A stretch of DNA of 64,000 nucleotides, from NCBI GenBank assembly GCA_963790305.1, contig CAWBOC010000009.1, positions 192,001 through 256,000 of the forward strand, written 5' to 3'. Shown here piece by piece: positions 1 through 9,637 of this stretch (within the stretch, counting starts at the first letter, position 1; every line of letters starts with the position of its first letter). The DNA is from an uncultured Gemmatimonadaceae bacterium. GTDB taxonomy: Bacteria > Gemmatimonadota > Gemmatimonadetes > Gemmatimonadales > Gemmatimonadaceae. The position numbers and the translations under genes were made by a program. The notes beneath the pieces were generated by a model, which ran no database searches, was not told where the DNA came from, and saw only the letters and a program-made list of their open reading frames with translations.

Positions 1-1585
1 GCCCCTGCCCTACGTAACGCGCATGTGCCCACCAGCGACGGTCCGCGCCTTCGCCGGTTCGCGCAGCGAGCTCCTCGCACATCGAGGCGACCGTCGCGTG
101 ATCCAGCTGGTCGGCGTGTTTCATGACGCTTCGCATGACATCCCGACGCTCGGACGCAATCGCCAGACCTAACGCGCTCAGCACACCAGCGTGGGGCGGC
201 ACAAGGATGCGAGTCATACCCAGCAGTGTCGCCAGTGCGCAGGCGTGAAGAGGCCCACCGCCGCCGAAGGCGACGAGGACGCATCGCCTTGGATCGATGC
301 CGCGCTCCACGCTCACTCGACGCAGCGCGCGAGCCATCGCGGCGTCCACAGCGGCGATGATCGCGCTCGCAACGCGGTCCACCGGCGCGGAGAGTCTCTG
401 CGCAACCGCTTCGAGCGCCCTCCCCGCTGCCGCCGGGTCGAGTGTCACTCCTCCACTCATCCGCGACGCATCGATACTCCCCAGTACAATGTGCGCGTCC
501 GTCACCGTGGGATCGGTGCCGCCGCGGGCAAAGGCGGCGGGACCGGGGTTCGCGCCAGCAGAGCGTGGCCCTACGCGAAGTGCACCTCCCGGGTCGACCC
601 AGGCAATGCTCCCGCCACCGGCGGACACTGTCTCGACGAGAACCCGCGGCAGCGCGATCGGCACACCGGCGATCGCGCCCCCAGGTTCAGATAACGGCTC
701 GCCATCGAGGACCAACCCTGCATCGGCGCTCGTGCCACCAATGTCGATCGTGAGCGCGTCCTTGATTCCCGCCGCACGAGCCACGTATGCCGCGCCGAGA
801 ATACCGCCGGCCGGCCCGGAAAGCGCGAGCGAGGCCGCTGTCTGCGCCGCGTCGGCCGCGGTGCGCATTCCCCCGGCGGACGTCATCACCGCTGGCGCGG
901 GATACCCCGCCTGCACCAGCTCGTCCGCCACCCGCCGCAGATACGTCCCGACGGACGGTCGCAGATACGCCTCGGCGACCGTCGTCGCCGTGCGCTCGTA
1001 TTCGCGAATCTCCGGGAGCACCTCCGACGACAGCACGACGTCCACGCCGGTGATCAGTGATCTCAGTGCGGCACCTAACGCGCGCTCGTGACGACCGTCG
1101 TGAAAGGAATGCAGCAGGGCGACCGCCACGACCTCCGGGGTGCGATCGAGAGCCTGCTGCGCCACTTTCCGGACGGCGGCGGCATCGAGCGGCCGCACAA
1201 TCCCTTGCGGCTCCACACGCTCTGGCACGCCGACGATCCGGTCATGGGGGACGAGCGGGTCCGGGTGATGCTTCGTGAGATCGTAGAGCGCGGCACGCTC
1301 CTGGCGCCGCAACTCGAGCACGTCGGTGGCACCTTCGGTCGCACAGAGGACGACGCGAGCGCCCGTCCGCTCGAGGAGCGTGTTCGTCGCGACGGTCGTC
1401 CCGTGCGCGAGGTGCTCGATGTCGTTGGGTGGAGCGCCGAGCGCACGCAATGCCTCCCGAACGCCCTGACTCTGGTCCGCCGGCGTCGACAGCACTTTCC
1501 GCCCCTCGACGCGACCATCGCCGGCGATTGCGATGAGGTCGGTAAACGTTCCGCCGACATCGATGCCGACGGAATATCCACTCAT
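1..1585 (-). CDS. Hydantoinase/oxoprolinase family protein (N-methylhydantoinase A-like), 3' end outside window
   Basis: Manual translation from ATG at 1585: MSGYSVGIDVGGTFTD...HGTTVATNTLLER, later IDIGGTSAD and ETVSAGGGSIAWVD motifs. The ATG overlaps the lnt stop (ATGA). Absent from the ORF track because it runs off the window edge. Confidence 0.9.
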   Translation of the reverse strand, partial: MSGYSVGIDVGGTFTDLIAIAGDGRVEGRKVLSTPADQSQGVREALRALGAPPNDIEHLAHGTTVATNTLLERTGARVVLCATEGATDVLELRRQERAALYDLTKHHPDPLVPHDRIVGVPERVEPQGIVRPLDAAAVRKVAQQALDRTPEVVAVALLHSFHDGRHERALGAALRSLITGVDVVLSSEVLPEIREYERTATTVAEAYLRPSVGTYLRRVADELVQAGYPAPAVMTSAGGMRTAADAAQTAASLALSGPAGGILGAAYVARAAGIKDALTIDIGGTSADAGLVLDGEPLSEPGGAIAGVPIALPRVLVETVSAGGGSIAWVDPGGALRVGPRSAGANPGPAAFARGGTDPTVTDAHIVLGSIDASRMSGGVTLDPAAAGRALEAVAQRLSAPVDRVASAIIAAVDAAMARALRRVSVERGIDPRRCVLVAFGGGGPLHACALATLLGMTRILVPPHAGVLSALGLAIASERRDVMRSVMKHADQLDHATVASMCEELAARTGEGADRRWWAHARYVGQG

Positions 1586-3144
1586 TGGCGCCGCCGGCGC
1601 AGCCAACCTGCCGTGACGAGCGCCGCAGTCGCGATCAGCGAGCTCATCCCGAGCCAGTCACCGAGGCGAACGAAGAGTGTGGTCACTGAGGCAGTCTGCA
1701 CCTGATACGTGCGGGCCGCACTCGTCTCCAGCGCGGTCTCACCATGAAAGCGGCCGAGCGGGTCGATGTACGCCGAGATCCCCGTGTTCGCGGCCCGGAC
1801 GATTCCAAGCCGATTCTCGATGGCCCGAAACGCGAGGTGCGCCTCGTGTTGATGCGGCGCGATGCTGCGTCCGAACCACGCATTGTTGGTGATGTTGACG
1901 AGAATCTCCGCGCCGCCGCGGCGATACTCCCGCGAGAGCTGCGGGAAGATCGACTCGTAGCAGATCAGAATGCCCGCGTCGCCGAATGCATAACGAAATG
2001 GCGCCTGGTCCTTGCCGCGACCAAATCCTCCGAAATACTTGAGGCCCTTGAACCAGTTCGGGTCGAGAAACGGCACGCGCTCGACGACCGGGACAAGGAA
2101 CTCCTTGCGATACGGGCCTTGTCGCGCAATGCCGCCCGTGGTGTCCGTCGTCATCGCGGCGTTGAAAATGTCGTACTCCTGCGTCCCATCGGGCGCCCGG
2201 GTGGACAGGAACTCGACGTCGATCACGCCAAAAAGAATCGGAATACGCGTGGGCGCCGACAGAGCGCGGAGTGTGTCAGCCCACTCCGGATTCTGGACCA
2301 GATATCCCGGAAGCGCGACTTCCGGCCACACCACGAGTCGTGGCTCCCCCGATCGCGTTCCCTCTCGCGTGAGACCCGCCAGGATGGAAACGATGCGATT
2401 CAGGTTCTCCTTTTGCCACTTCTCCTCCTGTGGAATGTTCGGCTGAACTATCGCGATTGGCGCAACCGCCTGCATCGCGATCGAGCCGAGGCGCCAGCGT
2501 CCGTAAGCAACCACCGCCGCCGCCAGGACCACGACAATGCCGAGCCTGACGAGTGCGCGCCGGAGGTCCGCACGCAGGAGCCAGGCGTCCGTGAGTAGCC
2601 CTGCGGTCGTCGCGATCCAGAAGCTCACGCCGCGCACGCCAGAGAGGTCGGCAATCTGCGCCAGCGTCGGCAGTCGCGAGGTCGCCAGCCCCAGGGGCAA
2701 CCAGGGAAATGCGAGGTCGCTCATGTAGTTGATCACAACCTCGGACGCCGTCCAGATGATCGGCAGCAGGATGGCGAATGGCCACCGCGTCGCGCGACGC
2801 GCCGCGTGCAAGGCGGCGATGGTCACGCCCACGACGGGAGCCATGACGAGCACCGCGCCGATGTATCCGAGGAACGAGAGCTTGGTGTAGATCGACAGGG
2901 CGATCGCGATCCAGTAAAGCGTTAGGCCATACGCCATCGCCCCGTACCAGAATCCGAACCGGAACGCCGCGCGCACTGGCTCGCCCGCGTCCACCTTTCG
3001 CGCGACGACGATCGCCACCGGAACCAGCGTGAGGAACGCTGGCAGCAGCAGGCGAAATGGCGGGAAGGCGATCAGGAAAAGCGCCGCCGACGCGAACGCC
3101 GGCAGCGCCTCCTCTCGCACCGGGAGCCAGCCGGGGCGCCTCAC
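1582..3144 (-). CDS. lnt: Apolipoprotein N-acyltransferase
   Basis: N-terminal TM helices, then IVQPNIPQEEKW, VVWPE, K..LVPVVE, LICYESIF, NITNNAWFG, RAIENR, RAANTGIS. GTG start at 3144 overlaps the upstream stop (GTGA). Confidence 0.95.
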   Translation of the reverse strand: MRRPGWLPVREEALPAFASAALFLIAFPPFRLLLPAFLTLVPVAIVVARKVDAGEPVRAAFRFGFWYGAMAYGLTLYWIAIALSIYTKLSFLGYIGAVLVMAPVVGVTIAALHAARRATRWPFAILLPIIWTASEVVINYMSDLAFPWLPLGLATSRLPTLAQIADLSGVRGVSFWIATTAGLLTDAWLLRADLRRALVRLGIVVVLAAAVVAYGRWRLGSIAMQAVAPIAIVQPNIPQEEKWQKENLNRIVSILAGLTREGTRSGEPRLVVWPEVALPGYLVQNPEWADTLRALSAPTRIPILFGVIDVEFLSTRAPDGTQEYDIFNAAMTTDTTGGIARQGPYRKEFLVPVVERVPFLDPNWFKGLKYFGGFGRGKDQAPFRYAFGDAGILICYESIFPQLSREYRRGGAEILVNITNNAWFGRSIAPHQHEAHLAFRAIENRLGIVRAANTGISAYIDPLGRFHGETALETSAARTYQVQTASVTTLFVRLGDWLGMSSLIATAALVTAGWLRRRRQ

Positions 3145-4145
3145 AATCGAATCTCTTTTCCCTCGTCCGCCGACTTGTAGATCGCTTCGGCGACCCGGTG
3201 GACCGTCACCTGCTCGGTCGGTACCTCGTACACCGCCTCCTCGCGCAGGACCGCGACGAAATGCGCGAGCTCGGCGCGATACGACTGGATGAACGCGCTC
3301 TCCCGTGCGGCGGCGCCACCGGGCGATACGTCCATCGGCTTGCCATTGATCTCCTTCACTACACGGAGGGGCGCGAGGCGCGCGTTCCCGCGAGATGCCA
3401 GCACCTCGAACCACCACCGGTCCTCGTCGCCGATGTAGGACCAGGTGACGTCGAACGCGAGGGACATGCCCTGGGCGCACTCGAGGTAGACGAACATCGA
3501 ATCCTCGACCGCGCTCGCGCCGCGCGCACGTTCCATCTGTGCCGACACGCGCACCGGCTCGGGAAAGTCAGCGAGCCACAGGGCGAGATCGAGCAGCGGT
3601 AAACCGTACTCGAAGAAGGCGCCGCCCCCCGCCTCGGCACGCCGGTGCCGCCATCCCTCGAGACTCTTCTTGACCTGGTAATGTCCCGCCCGCACCCCGG
3701 TGAGGCGGCCCAGCTCTCCGCCGCGCAGAAAACGGTCGAGCGCCTGCACATCACTGCGAAATCGGTGGTTCAGTGCTGCGGCGACCTTTCGCTCCGCCCG
3801 CTGCGCCGCCCCGAGCAGACGCTCGACGCCGCGGGAGGTGAGTGCGAGCGGTCTCTCGCAGAGGACGTGAACCCCCGCCTGGAGCGCGCTCAACACGTGC
3901 GGCTCATGCAGGTGGCTCGGGGTCGAGATGATCACCGCGTCCAGCTCGTCGAACTCGAGCAGATCCTCGATATCGGTGAAGACATCGGGCACGCCGAAAC
4001 GGTCGGCGAGCGACCGGGCCTTTGGACGGTCGTTGTCGCACAAAGCTACGAGCTGCGCGCCGCGCATTTTCGAGAGCACAGGTATGTGCGCGATCTGCGC
4101 GATGGCGCCGACGCCCACCACGCCGATTCGAATGGCCGGCTTCAT
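3141..4145 (-). CDS. Gfo/Idh/MocA family oxidoreductase
   Basis: IGVVGVGAIA Rossmann motif, DAVIISTPSHLH, HVLCERPL. ATG at 4145 overlaps the upstream stop. Confidence 0.9.
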   Translation of the reverse strand: MKPAIRIGVVGVGAIAQIAHIPVLSKMRGAQLVALCDNDRPKARSLADRFGVPDVFTDIEDLLEFDELDAVIISTPSHLHEPHVLSALQAGVHVLCERPLALTSRGVERLLGAAQRAERKVAAALNHRFRSDVQALDRFLRGGELGRLTGVRAGHYQVKKSLEGWRHRRAEAGGGAFFEYGLPLLDLALWLADFPEPVRVSAQMERARGASAVEDSMFVYLECAQGMSLAFDVTWSYIGDEDRWWFEVLASRGNARLAPLRVVKEINGKPMDVSPGGAAARESAFIQSYRAELAHFVAVLREEAVYEVPTEQVTVHRVAEAIYKSADEGKEIRL

Positions 4146-4801
4146 GGTGAGGACGATGAGGGTTGGCTGCCGAAGAAGTAAGTAACGACTCCGCGGCCGG
4201 ACCAATAGCGCAGATTGCTCAGCAGGTTCAGGCGCGCTTGCAGCCCGAAGCTGATGCGCCCGGCCGGCGCCGTATCCACCCCCCCGAACGCGGCGAATCC
4301 CGCCGAAATATTGTCGAGGGCGCTCTCGACGAACGTATCGTTGATGAACGGCGACTCGGCGTTGATGATGTGGGCGCCCAGGCCGGCGCCCGCGTACGGA
4401 CGCAGGACCGCGTTCGGACGGGGCGTGTAGCGCATCTCGACTTCCAGGGCGATATCCGAGACGTTGATTTCGCCCAGGTCGAGCGTGTCATCGCCGGAGG
4501 GGTCGATCACCTGCTCGCGCAGTCGCTGCTCGAAGGTGTCGACGAACTCATCGCGAAATCGCGAGCCCCAGTAGTTGGCGGAGAATACCACGCGCCATGA
4601 TCGCGCAATGTAGCCGTAATCGGCAAACACGCCGAACGACTGCGCATGCTCGGCGCGCGATGCGCGAACCGGTCCGGCGGTGACGCCGAGGGCAGTGAGG
4701 CGAAGTCGATCGAGGTTGAGCCGCTCGAAGAGTGACTGTGCGTGCGCAGAGGACGGCACGAGCGCCCCGAGCATCACCAGTGGAATGAATGCCCGGCGCA
4801 T
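4142..4801 (-). CDS. Secreted protein, probable outer-membrane beta-barrel
   Basis: Signal peptide (…SSAHA|Q), alternating beta-strand pattern, RPYAGAGLG, aromatic-rich C-terminal strand. Confidence 0.6.
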   Translation of the reverse strand: MRRAFIPLVMLGALVPSSAHAQSLFERLNLDRLRLTALGVTAGPVRASRAEHAQSFGVFADYGYIARSWRVVFSANYWGSRFRDEFVDTFEQRLREQVIDPSGDDTLDLGEINVSDIALEVEMRYTPRPNAVLRPYAGAGLGAHIINAESPFINDTFVESALDNISAGFAAFGGVDTAPAGRISFGLQARLNLLSNLRYWSGRGVVTYFFGSQPSSSSP

Positions 4802-4802
4802 G

Positions 4803-6179
4803 TCACTCCACCGCGGCGAGCGAGGTTCCCGGATAGTACGTGCTCAAGATGCTGCGGAAATCGAGACCGGCCCGCGCTCGCCCGATAGCCCCCCACTGAC
4901 ACATGCCGATTCCGTGTCCATATCCTCCACCCTCGAAAGTGGCTCGCGCCAGGCGTCCGGCTGCGTCCCGTTCCGTGCGGACGGAAAAATACGTGCTGTT
5001 GAGAATCTCGCCATTGGGCACGCGCATGACGAAGCGGACGTCGTTCCCCCGAACGAGAAACCGTCCGCGATCGGTGCGTACCGCGAGAGCAGCCACCCGC
5101 CCGGAAGGCGTCTTGCCATCCACCTCGAGCCCGCTCGGCGTGCCCACGCGGCCCCCGGGCACGCTCACATATTGGGTCAGATAGCGCTCGAGGGCACTGG
5201 TGAGGACAGTGCGCTCGAGCGTCTTGGTCCAGCGGAAGCGAGGCGACGGGTCGCAGTAGAATCGGTCCGAGCCGCCAATGCGATCGCTCACGCGCCGCAG
5301 ATACGGCTCATCGCGACTCCGGTACCACACCTCGGTTACTTCGGCCGTGGATCCGCCGCACGTCGAGTGATACGGAGCATTCACCGGACGCCCGCCGTAC
5401 GTAATCACCAGACCGCGTGTCGCCCATACCGCGGCATCCGCGATCGGGACTTCCGCGTCAGCCCCGCCATACACCTGATCCTGCACCGTCGCGACGAGAT
5501 CGTACGGTCGCGCCTCGCCACCTGTCATGCGCACATAGGCGTAACTGCGCGCGGCCACAGCCTGAGCGGCGACGGCGGCCTCTTCCCCTGACACGCGCCG
5601 TCCGATCTCGAGGGGCACGACACCGCGAAGATAGTCCTCCACGTGCAGTCGATTGGCGACGAGAAGTCCGTCGTCGCGAGCGATCAGTACGATCTCGCCA
5701 CGGTACCGCTTTCCATTCACGATCATGAAGTCGTGCACTGCTTCCGGTCGGGCGATGAGCGGACCAGCACGCTCCGGCGTCACAACGCCACCGCGCACCG
5801 CGTGCACCGACCGACCGCGAGCCTCCAGCCTCCACACGTCGGTCGACGGAACCCGCAGGAGCACCCCGCCGCCACTCTGATCGATGAGGCGCCACTCCCC
5901 CGTCGCGCGAATCTCGACGGCTGGCACGCCGCTGGACAATGCGACGCGGATGAGCCGGCCCGAGGCCAAGGGGAGCGAATCGACCGGCGCCGGAATGCGC
6001 CACACGGTGTCTCGCAAGCCCGCCGTGTCGGCGGGCGGCACCAGCGTGTCGCGCCGCCACACCACGGGCGGATCAGACGGGATCGGCTGCAGCGAAGGGC
6101 CGCACGCTCCGAGCACGACACTCACGCCGGTGACGACAACGCGTCGCACCGCGTTAGGCACGGGCGTCCCCCATCGCAC
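4803..6179 (-). CDS. SpoIID/LytB domain lipoprotein
   Basis: Lipobox LGAC. YRGEI, EDYLRGVVPLE, AQAVAARSYA, DQVYGG, YHSTCGG, GYGHGIGMCQWGA, ILSTYYPG. Exact start uncertain. Confidence 0.9.
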   Translation of the reverse strand: MRWGTPVPNAVRRVVVTGVSVVLGACGPSLQPIPSDPPVVWRRDTLVPPADTAGLRDTVWRIPAPVDSLPLASGRLIRVALSSGVPAVEIRATGEWRLIDQSGGGVLLRVPSTDVWRLEARGRSVHAVRGGVVTPERAGPLIARPEAVHDFMIVNGKRYRGEIVLIARDDGLLVANRLHVEDYLRGVVPLEIGRRVSGEEAAVAAQAVAARSYAYVRMTGGEARPYDLVATVQDQVYGGADAEVPIADAAVWATRGLVITYGGRPVNAPYHSTCGGSTAEVTEVWYRSRDEPYLRRVSDRIGGSDRFYCDPSPRFRWTKTLERTVLTSALERYLTQYVSVPGGRVGTPSGLEVDGKTPSGRVAALAVRTDRGRFLVRGNDVRFVMRVPNGEILNSTYFSVRTERDAAGRLARATFEGGGYGHGIGMCQWGAIGRARAGLDFRSILSTYYPGTSLAAVE

Positions 6180-7437
6180 GCTCTACGCGCTCCAGGGTCG
6201 CGTCGATCTCGGCATCCCCATGCGCCGCCGAGACGAACCCTGCCTCGAACGGGGATGGCGCGAAGTAGACGCCACGTTCAAGCGCGGCGTGGAAGAAGCG
6301 ACGAAACAACTGCACATCGCTCGCGCGGGCATCGGCGAACGATCGAACCGGCTCCGCACGAAAGAAGAAACCGAACATCGAGCCGGCGCTGTCAGCGGTA
6401 AACGGGACACCGAGGCGAGCAGCGACCTCGCGCAGACCGGAGACGAGACGAGTCGTCCGCGCCTCGATTTTCTGGTGCAGGGGCGGCGTCAGCAGGCGCA
6501 GGGTCGCGAGCCCCGCGGCCATCGCCAGGGGATTCCCGGAGAGCGTGCCGGCCTGATACACCGGCCCCGCGGGGGCGACCATCTCCATGAGGTCGCGACG
6601 GCCACCGTACGCGGCGGCCGGCAAGCCGCCGCCAAGGACCTTGCCGAGTGTCGTGAGATCGGCGCGCACGTGAAAGCGCTCGTGCGCACCGCCGGGAGCG
6701 ATTCGAAAGCCCGTCATCACCTCGTCGAAGATCAACAGGGCGCCAGTGTCATCGGCGACGGCGCGCAACCCGCGAAGGAAGGCCGGGTCGGGTGCGATGA
6801 ACCCCGCATTCCCCATGATGGGCTCGACAATGATGGCCGCGACCCGGGCTCCGTGGATCGCCACGGCCTCGTGAACGGCGCTCAGATCGTTGAAGGGCGT
6901 GGAGATCGTCAGGGCGGCGAGCGCATCCGGCACGCCGGGAGAATCGGGCAAGCCCAACGTCGCGACGCCCGATCCGGCGCGCACCAGAAAGGCGTCTCCA
7001 TGCCCGTGATAGCATCCGTCGAACTTGAGGATGCATTCGCGGCGGGTGACCGCACGCGCGAGGCGAATCGCGCTCATCGTCGCCTCGGTGCCACTCGAGA
7101 CGAACCGCAACATCTCGACGTGTGGCATGCGGTGCCTCACGAGCTCTCCGAGCTCCACCTCGAGCTCCGTCGGGGCGCCAAAGCTCGTTCCGCGTTGCAT
7201 CGTCTCGGCAATGGCGTCGAGCACCGGTGGCGATGCGTGTCCGAGCGCGAGTGCCCCCCATGAGAGGACGTAGTCGATGTACTCGCGACCGTCCGCGTCG
7301 AAGAGACGCGGCCCTTCCCCGCGTTGGACGACGAACGGCTCCCCACCTACGCCGCGGAAGGCGCGTACTGGCGAGCTGACTCCTCCAGGGAACAGGTCGC
7401 GCGCACGCGCCATGATCGCGGCGCTGCGACCCGTCAC
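6154..7437 (-). CDS. hemL: Glutamate-1-semialdehyde 2,1-aminomutase
   Basis: PGGVSSPVRAF, SSGTEATMSAIRLAR, FDGCYHGH, FDEVMTGFR, LGKVLGGGLP, YQAGTLSGNP. Confidence 0.97.
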   Translation of the reverse strand: MTGRSAAIMARARDLFPGGVSSPVRAFRGVGGEPFVVQRGEGPRLFDADGREYIDYVLSWGALALGHASPPVLDAIAETMQRGTSFGAPTELEVELGELVRHRMPHVEMLRFVSSGTEATMSAIRLARAVTRRECILKFDGCYHGHGDAFLVRAGSGVATLGLPDSPGVPDALAALTISTPFNDLSAVHEAVAIHGARVAAIIVEPIMGNAGFIAPDPAFLRGLRAVADDTGALLIFDEVMTGFRIAPGGAHERFHVRADLTTLGKVLGGGLPAAAYGGRRDLMEMVAPAGPVYQAGTLSGNPLAMAAGLATLRLLTPPLHQKIEARTTRLVSGLREVAARLGVPFTADSAGSMFGFFFRAEPVRSFADARASDVQLFRRFFHAALERGVYFAPSPFEAGFVSAAHGDAEIDATLERVERAMGDARA

Positions 7438-8810
7438 CGCCCAAAGCTCCCGATGCTCGGGAGCGACACCACCGGCAACGACGCGCGCGAGCGCACGGGC
7501 ACGCGCGGACTCGCGACGACGCCCTGCTGCGTCGCGAGGAAATCGACATCGTCCTGCACGGCGGTGATCGTCATGTCCACGATCGAGCCGGGCGCGGCAT
7601 CGCCGGTGAGGAAGGTGATGCCATCGATGTCGTCCGCCTGCCAGATCGCACGCGCCTCCAGGCGATCACCGCGCCGGTCGACGATGCCTCGCACCTGCTT
7701 TCCGACGAACCGCTCATACCGCTCGGCCGTCACCGCTCGCTGCAGGTCGAGCAGGCGCTCCAGCCGCTCGCGCTTGACCTCGTCTGGCACATCGTCGGTC
7801 ATCGCGTGCGCGCGTGTCCCTTCCTGTGCGCTGTACGTGAAGGCGCCGACGCGCTCGAACTGCGTCTCCTCGAGGAAATCGAGCAACCGCTGAAAATCCG
7901 CATCCGTCTCTCCCGGAAATCCGACGATGCAGGTCGTGCGAATGGCGACGTCGGGCACGGCCTCGCGCACGCGTCTCACCTTCTCGCGAATGGTGTGCTC
8001 GCGCTCGGGTCTCCGCATACGCTCGAGGACGGCGTCCGACGCATGTTGAATCGGCATATCGAGGTATGGCGCGATGCGCGATTCGCGTGAGACGACCTCG
8101 AGCAGGCGCGGCGTGAGTCCAGCGGAGTAGAGATAGAGGAGACGGAACCACGAAATCGAGGTCTCGCGCAGCAACGCTTCGAGCAGCTCGGGGAGTCGCA
8201 CGCCCTCGCGCAGATCGCGTCCGTAATGCGCGAGATCCTGCGCGACGAGGTTCACCTCGACCGCACCCTGTCGCTCGAGCTCGCGGGCTTCGTGCATCAG
8301 CTCGTCGAGCGAGAACGACCGGTGCCGCCCTCGCATGAGCGGGATCGCGCAGAAGGCGCACCCGTGATCGCACCCCTCGCTCACCTTGAGATAGCGGACG
8401 TGGGGGAGATCACCGGTGTAGACGCGTACGCCGGGGTGCTCGACCGTCGGATCGCCAAGGACGCCGCGGCGCTCGAGCTCGGGGACGAGACGATCCATCT
8501 CGGAGGAGCCGAGGAAGAGATCGACTTCGGGAAGATGCTCGAGCAGCTCCTGCTTGTGGCGCTCGACCATGCATCCGACGGCGACGACCGCCTGGCAGGA
8601 GCCGTCCTCCTTGAGGCGGCCAGCCTCGATCAGCGCATCGATGGACTCTTTCTTCGCGGCGTCAATGAAGCCGCAGGTGTTGACGACGATGACCTCGGCC
8701 GTCGAGAGGTCGCTGACGGGCTCGGCGCCGCGGCCAACGAGGCGCGCGAGGTAGCGCTCGCTGTCGACGGTATTCTTGTCGCAGCCCAGAGTGATGAAGC
8801 CGATTCTCAC
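7434..8810 (-). CDS. rimO: Ribosomal protein S12 methylthiotransferase
   Basis: LGCDKNTVDSE, NTCGFI, radical-SAM CxxxCxxC (GCDHGCAFCAIP), IVGFPGET, TRAM-like C-terminus. Confidence 0.95.
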   Translation of the reverse strand: MRIGFITLGCDKNTVDSERYLARLVGRGAEPVSDLSTAEVIVVNTCGFIDAAKKESIDALIEAGRLKEDGSCQAVVAVGCMVERHKQELLEHLPEVDLFLGSSEMDRLVPELERRGVLGDPTVEHPGVRVYTGDLPHVRYLKVSEGCDHGCAFCAIPLMRGRHRSFSLDELMHEARELERQGAVEVNLVAQDLAHYGRDLREGVRLPELLEALLRETSISWFRLLYLYSAGLTPRLLEVVSRESRIAPYLDMPIQHASDAVLERMRRPEREHTIREKVRRVREAVPDVAIRTTCIVGFPGETDADFQRLLDFLEETQFERVGAFTYSAQEGTRAHAMTDDVPDEVKRERLERLLDLQRAVTAERYERFVGKQVRGIVDRRGDRLEARAIWQADDIDGITFLTGDAAPGSIVDMTITAVQDDVDFLATQQGVVASPRVPVRSRASLPVVSLPSIGSFGR

Positions 8811-8862
8811 TCTGAAAAGCTAGTCGGGCGGGCAGAGCCGCTCAACGACTGGGAAGGTGTTT

Positions 8863-9363
8863 CTATCGATAATTGCCGAACTTCAGCTCGACACCAAAGT
8901 CCTGTCCGCGCAGCAGGTTCATCACCGTCTGGAGCTCGTCCTTCGAGGCCGAGCTCACACGCACCTGCTCCCCCTGAATGGCGGCGGTGACCTTTTTCAT
9001 CTTCGCTTCCTTGATGGCGGCCACGACTTTTTTCGACGTGTCGCCATCGAGCGACATCTTGAGCGCGATCTCACGACGCACGGTGTCGTTGCCGGCGGGT
9101 TTCACCTCTCCGATGTCGAGATTCTTCACCGGCACCCCGCGCTTGATGAGCTTCCCCTGCAGGATGTCCATGAGCGCGCGCATCTTGTAATCGTCGTCGG
9201 CGACGAGGACGAGCTTGCTCGCGGCGCGCTGAAAGTCGATGCTCGCCTTGGATCCCTTGAAGTCGTACCGCTGCGCGATCTCCTTCTGCGCCTGATTGAT
9301 CGCGTTATCGACTTCCTGGAGGTCGACGCCTGTCGTTATGTCGAACGAGTTCGTTTGAGCCAT
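8863..9363 (-). CDS. yajQ: YajQ family nucleotide/c-di-GMP-binding protein
   Basis: SFDI..VDLQEVDNAINQA.KEI.QRYDFKGS, IQGEQVRVS, KDELQ, FGNYR. ATG at 9363. Confidence 0.93.
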   Translation of the reverse strand: MAQTNSFDITTGVDLQEVDNAINQAQKEIAQRYDFKGSKASIDFQRAASKLVLVADDDYKMRALMDILQGKLIKRGVPVKNLDIGEVKPAGNDTVRREIALKMSLDGDTSKKVVAAIKEAKMKKVTAAIQGEQVRVSSASKDELQTVMNLLRGQDFGVELKFGNYR

Positions 9364-9406
9364 GGTCTGTTGTCTTTTCTCGAGATCGGCGACTACAACA
9401 ACATTA

Positions 9407-9612
9407 CTGGCATCCAGGTTCAAAGTTGGGACGCGGATTACGCGCATGCAGCGGAAACGGCCGGATCGCTCCTGGCGCAGAGAACTCTCCTCGCGCAGGA
9501 AAAAAACACCTGCTATTTGCTCCTGTAGAGGAGAGATCGCGACACAAGGAGTGATCCGCCAAATCCGCTGCATCCGTCTAATCCGCGTCCCAACTTTGAA
9601 CCTGGATGCCAG
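9407..9612. repeat. ~206-bp element bounded by ~60-bp imperfect terminal inverted repeats (MITE/REPIN-like)
   Basis: Left arm 9407-9467 (ctggcatccaggttcaaagttgggacgcggatta…) and right arm 9553-9612 are reverse complements. The outer 34 bp are perfect. Confidence 0.85.
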
Positions 9613-9637
9613 CCTCGCTAACGGAGGACTCCACGTA

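Noticed and set aside
191..1705. Long + strand ORFs (191-694, 297-1091, 1088-1705), and similar long antisense ORFs elsewhere (5884-7263, 60287-61843, 62231-63778)
   Set aside because: They are shadows of clearly recognisable genes on the opposite strand; high GC makes stop codons rare.
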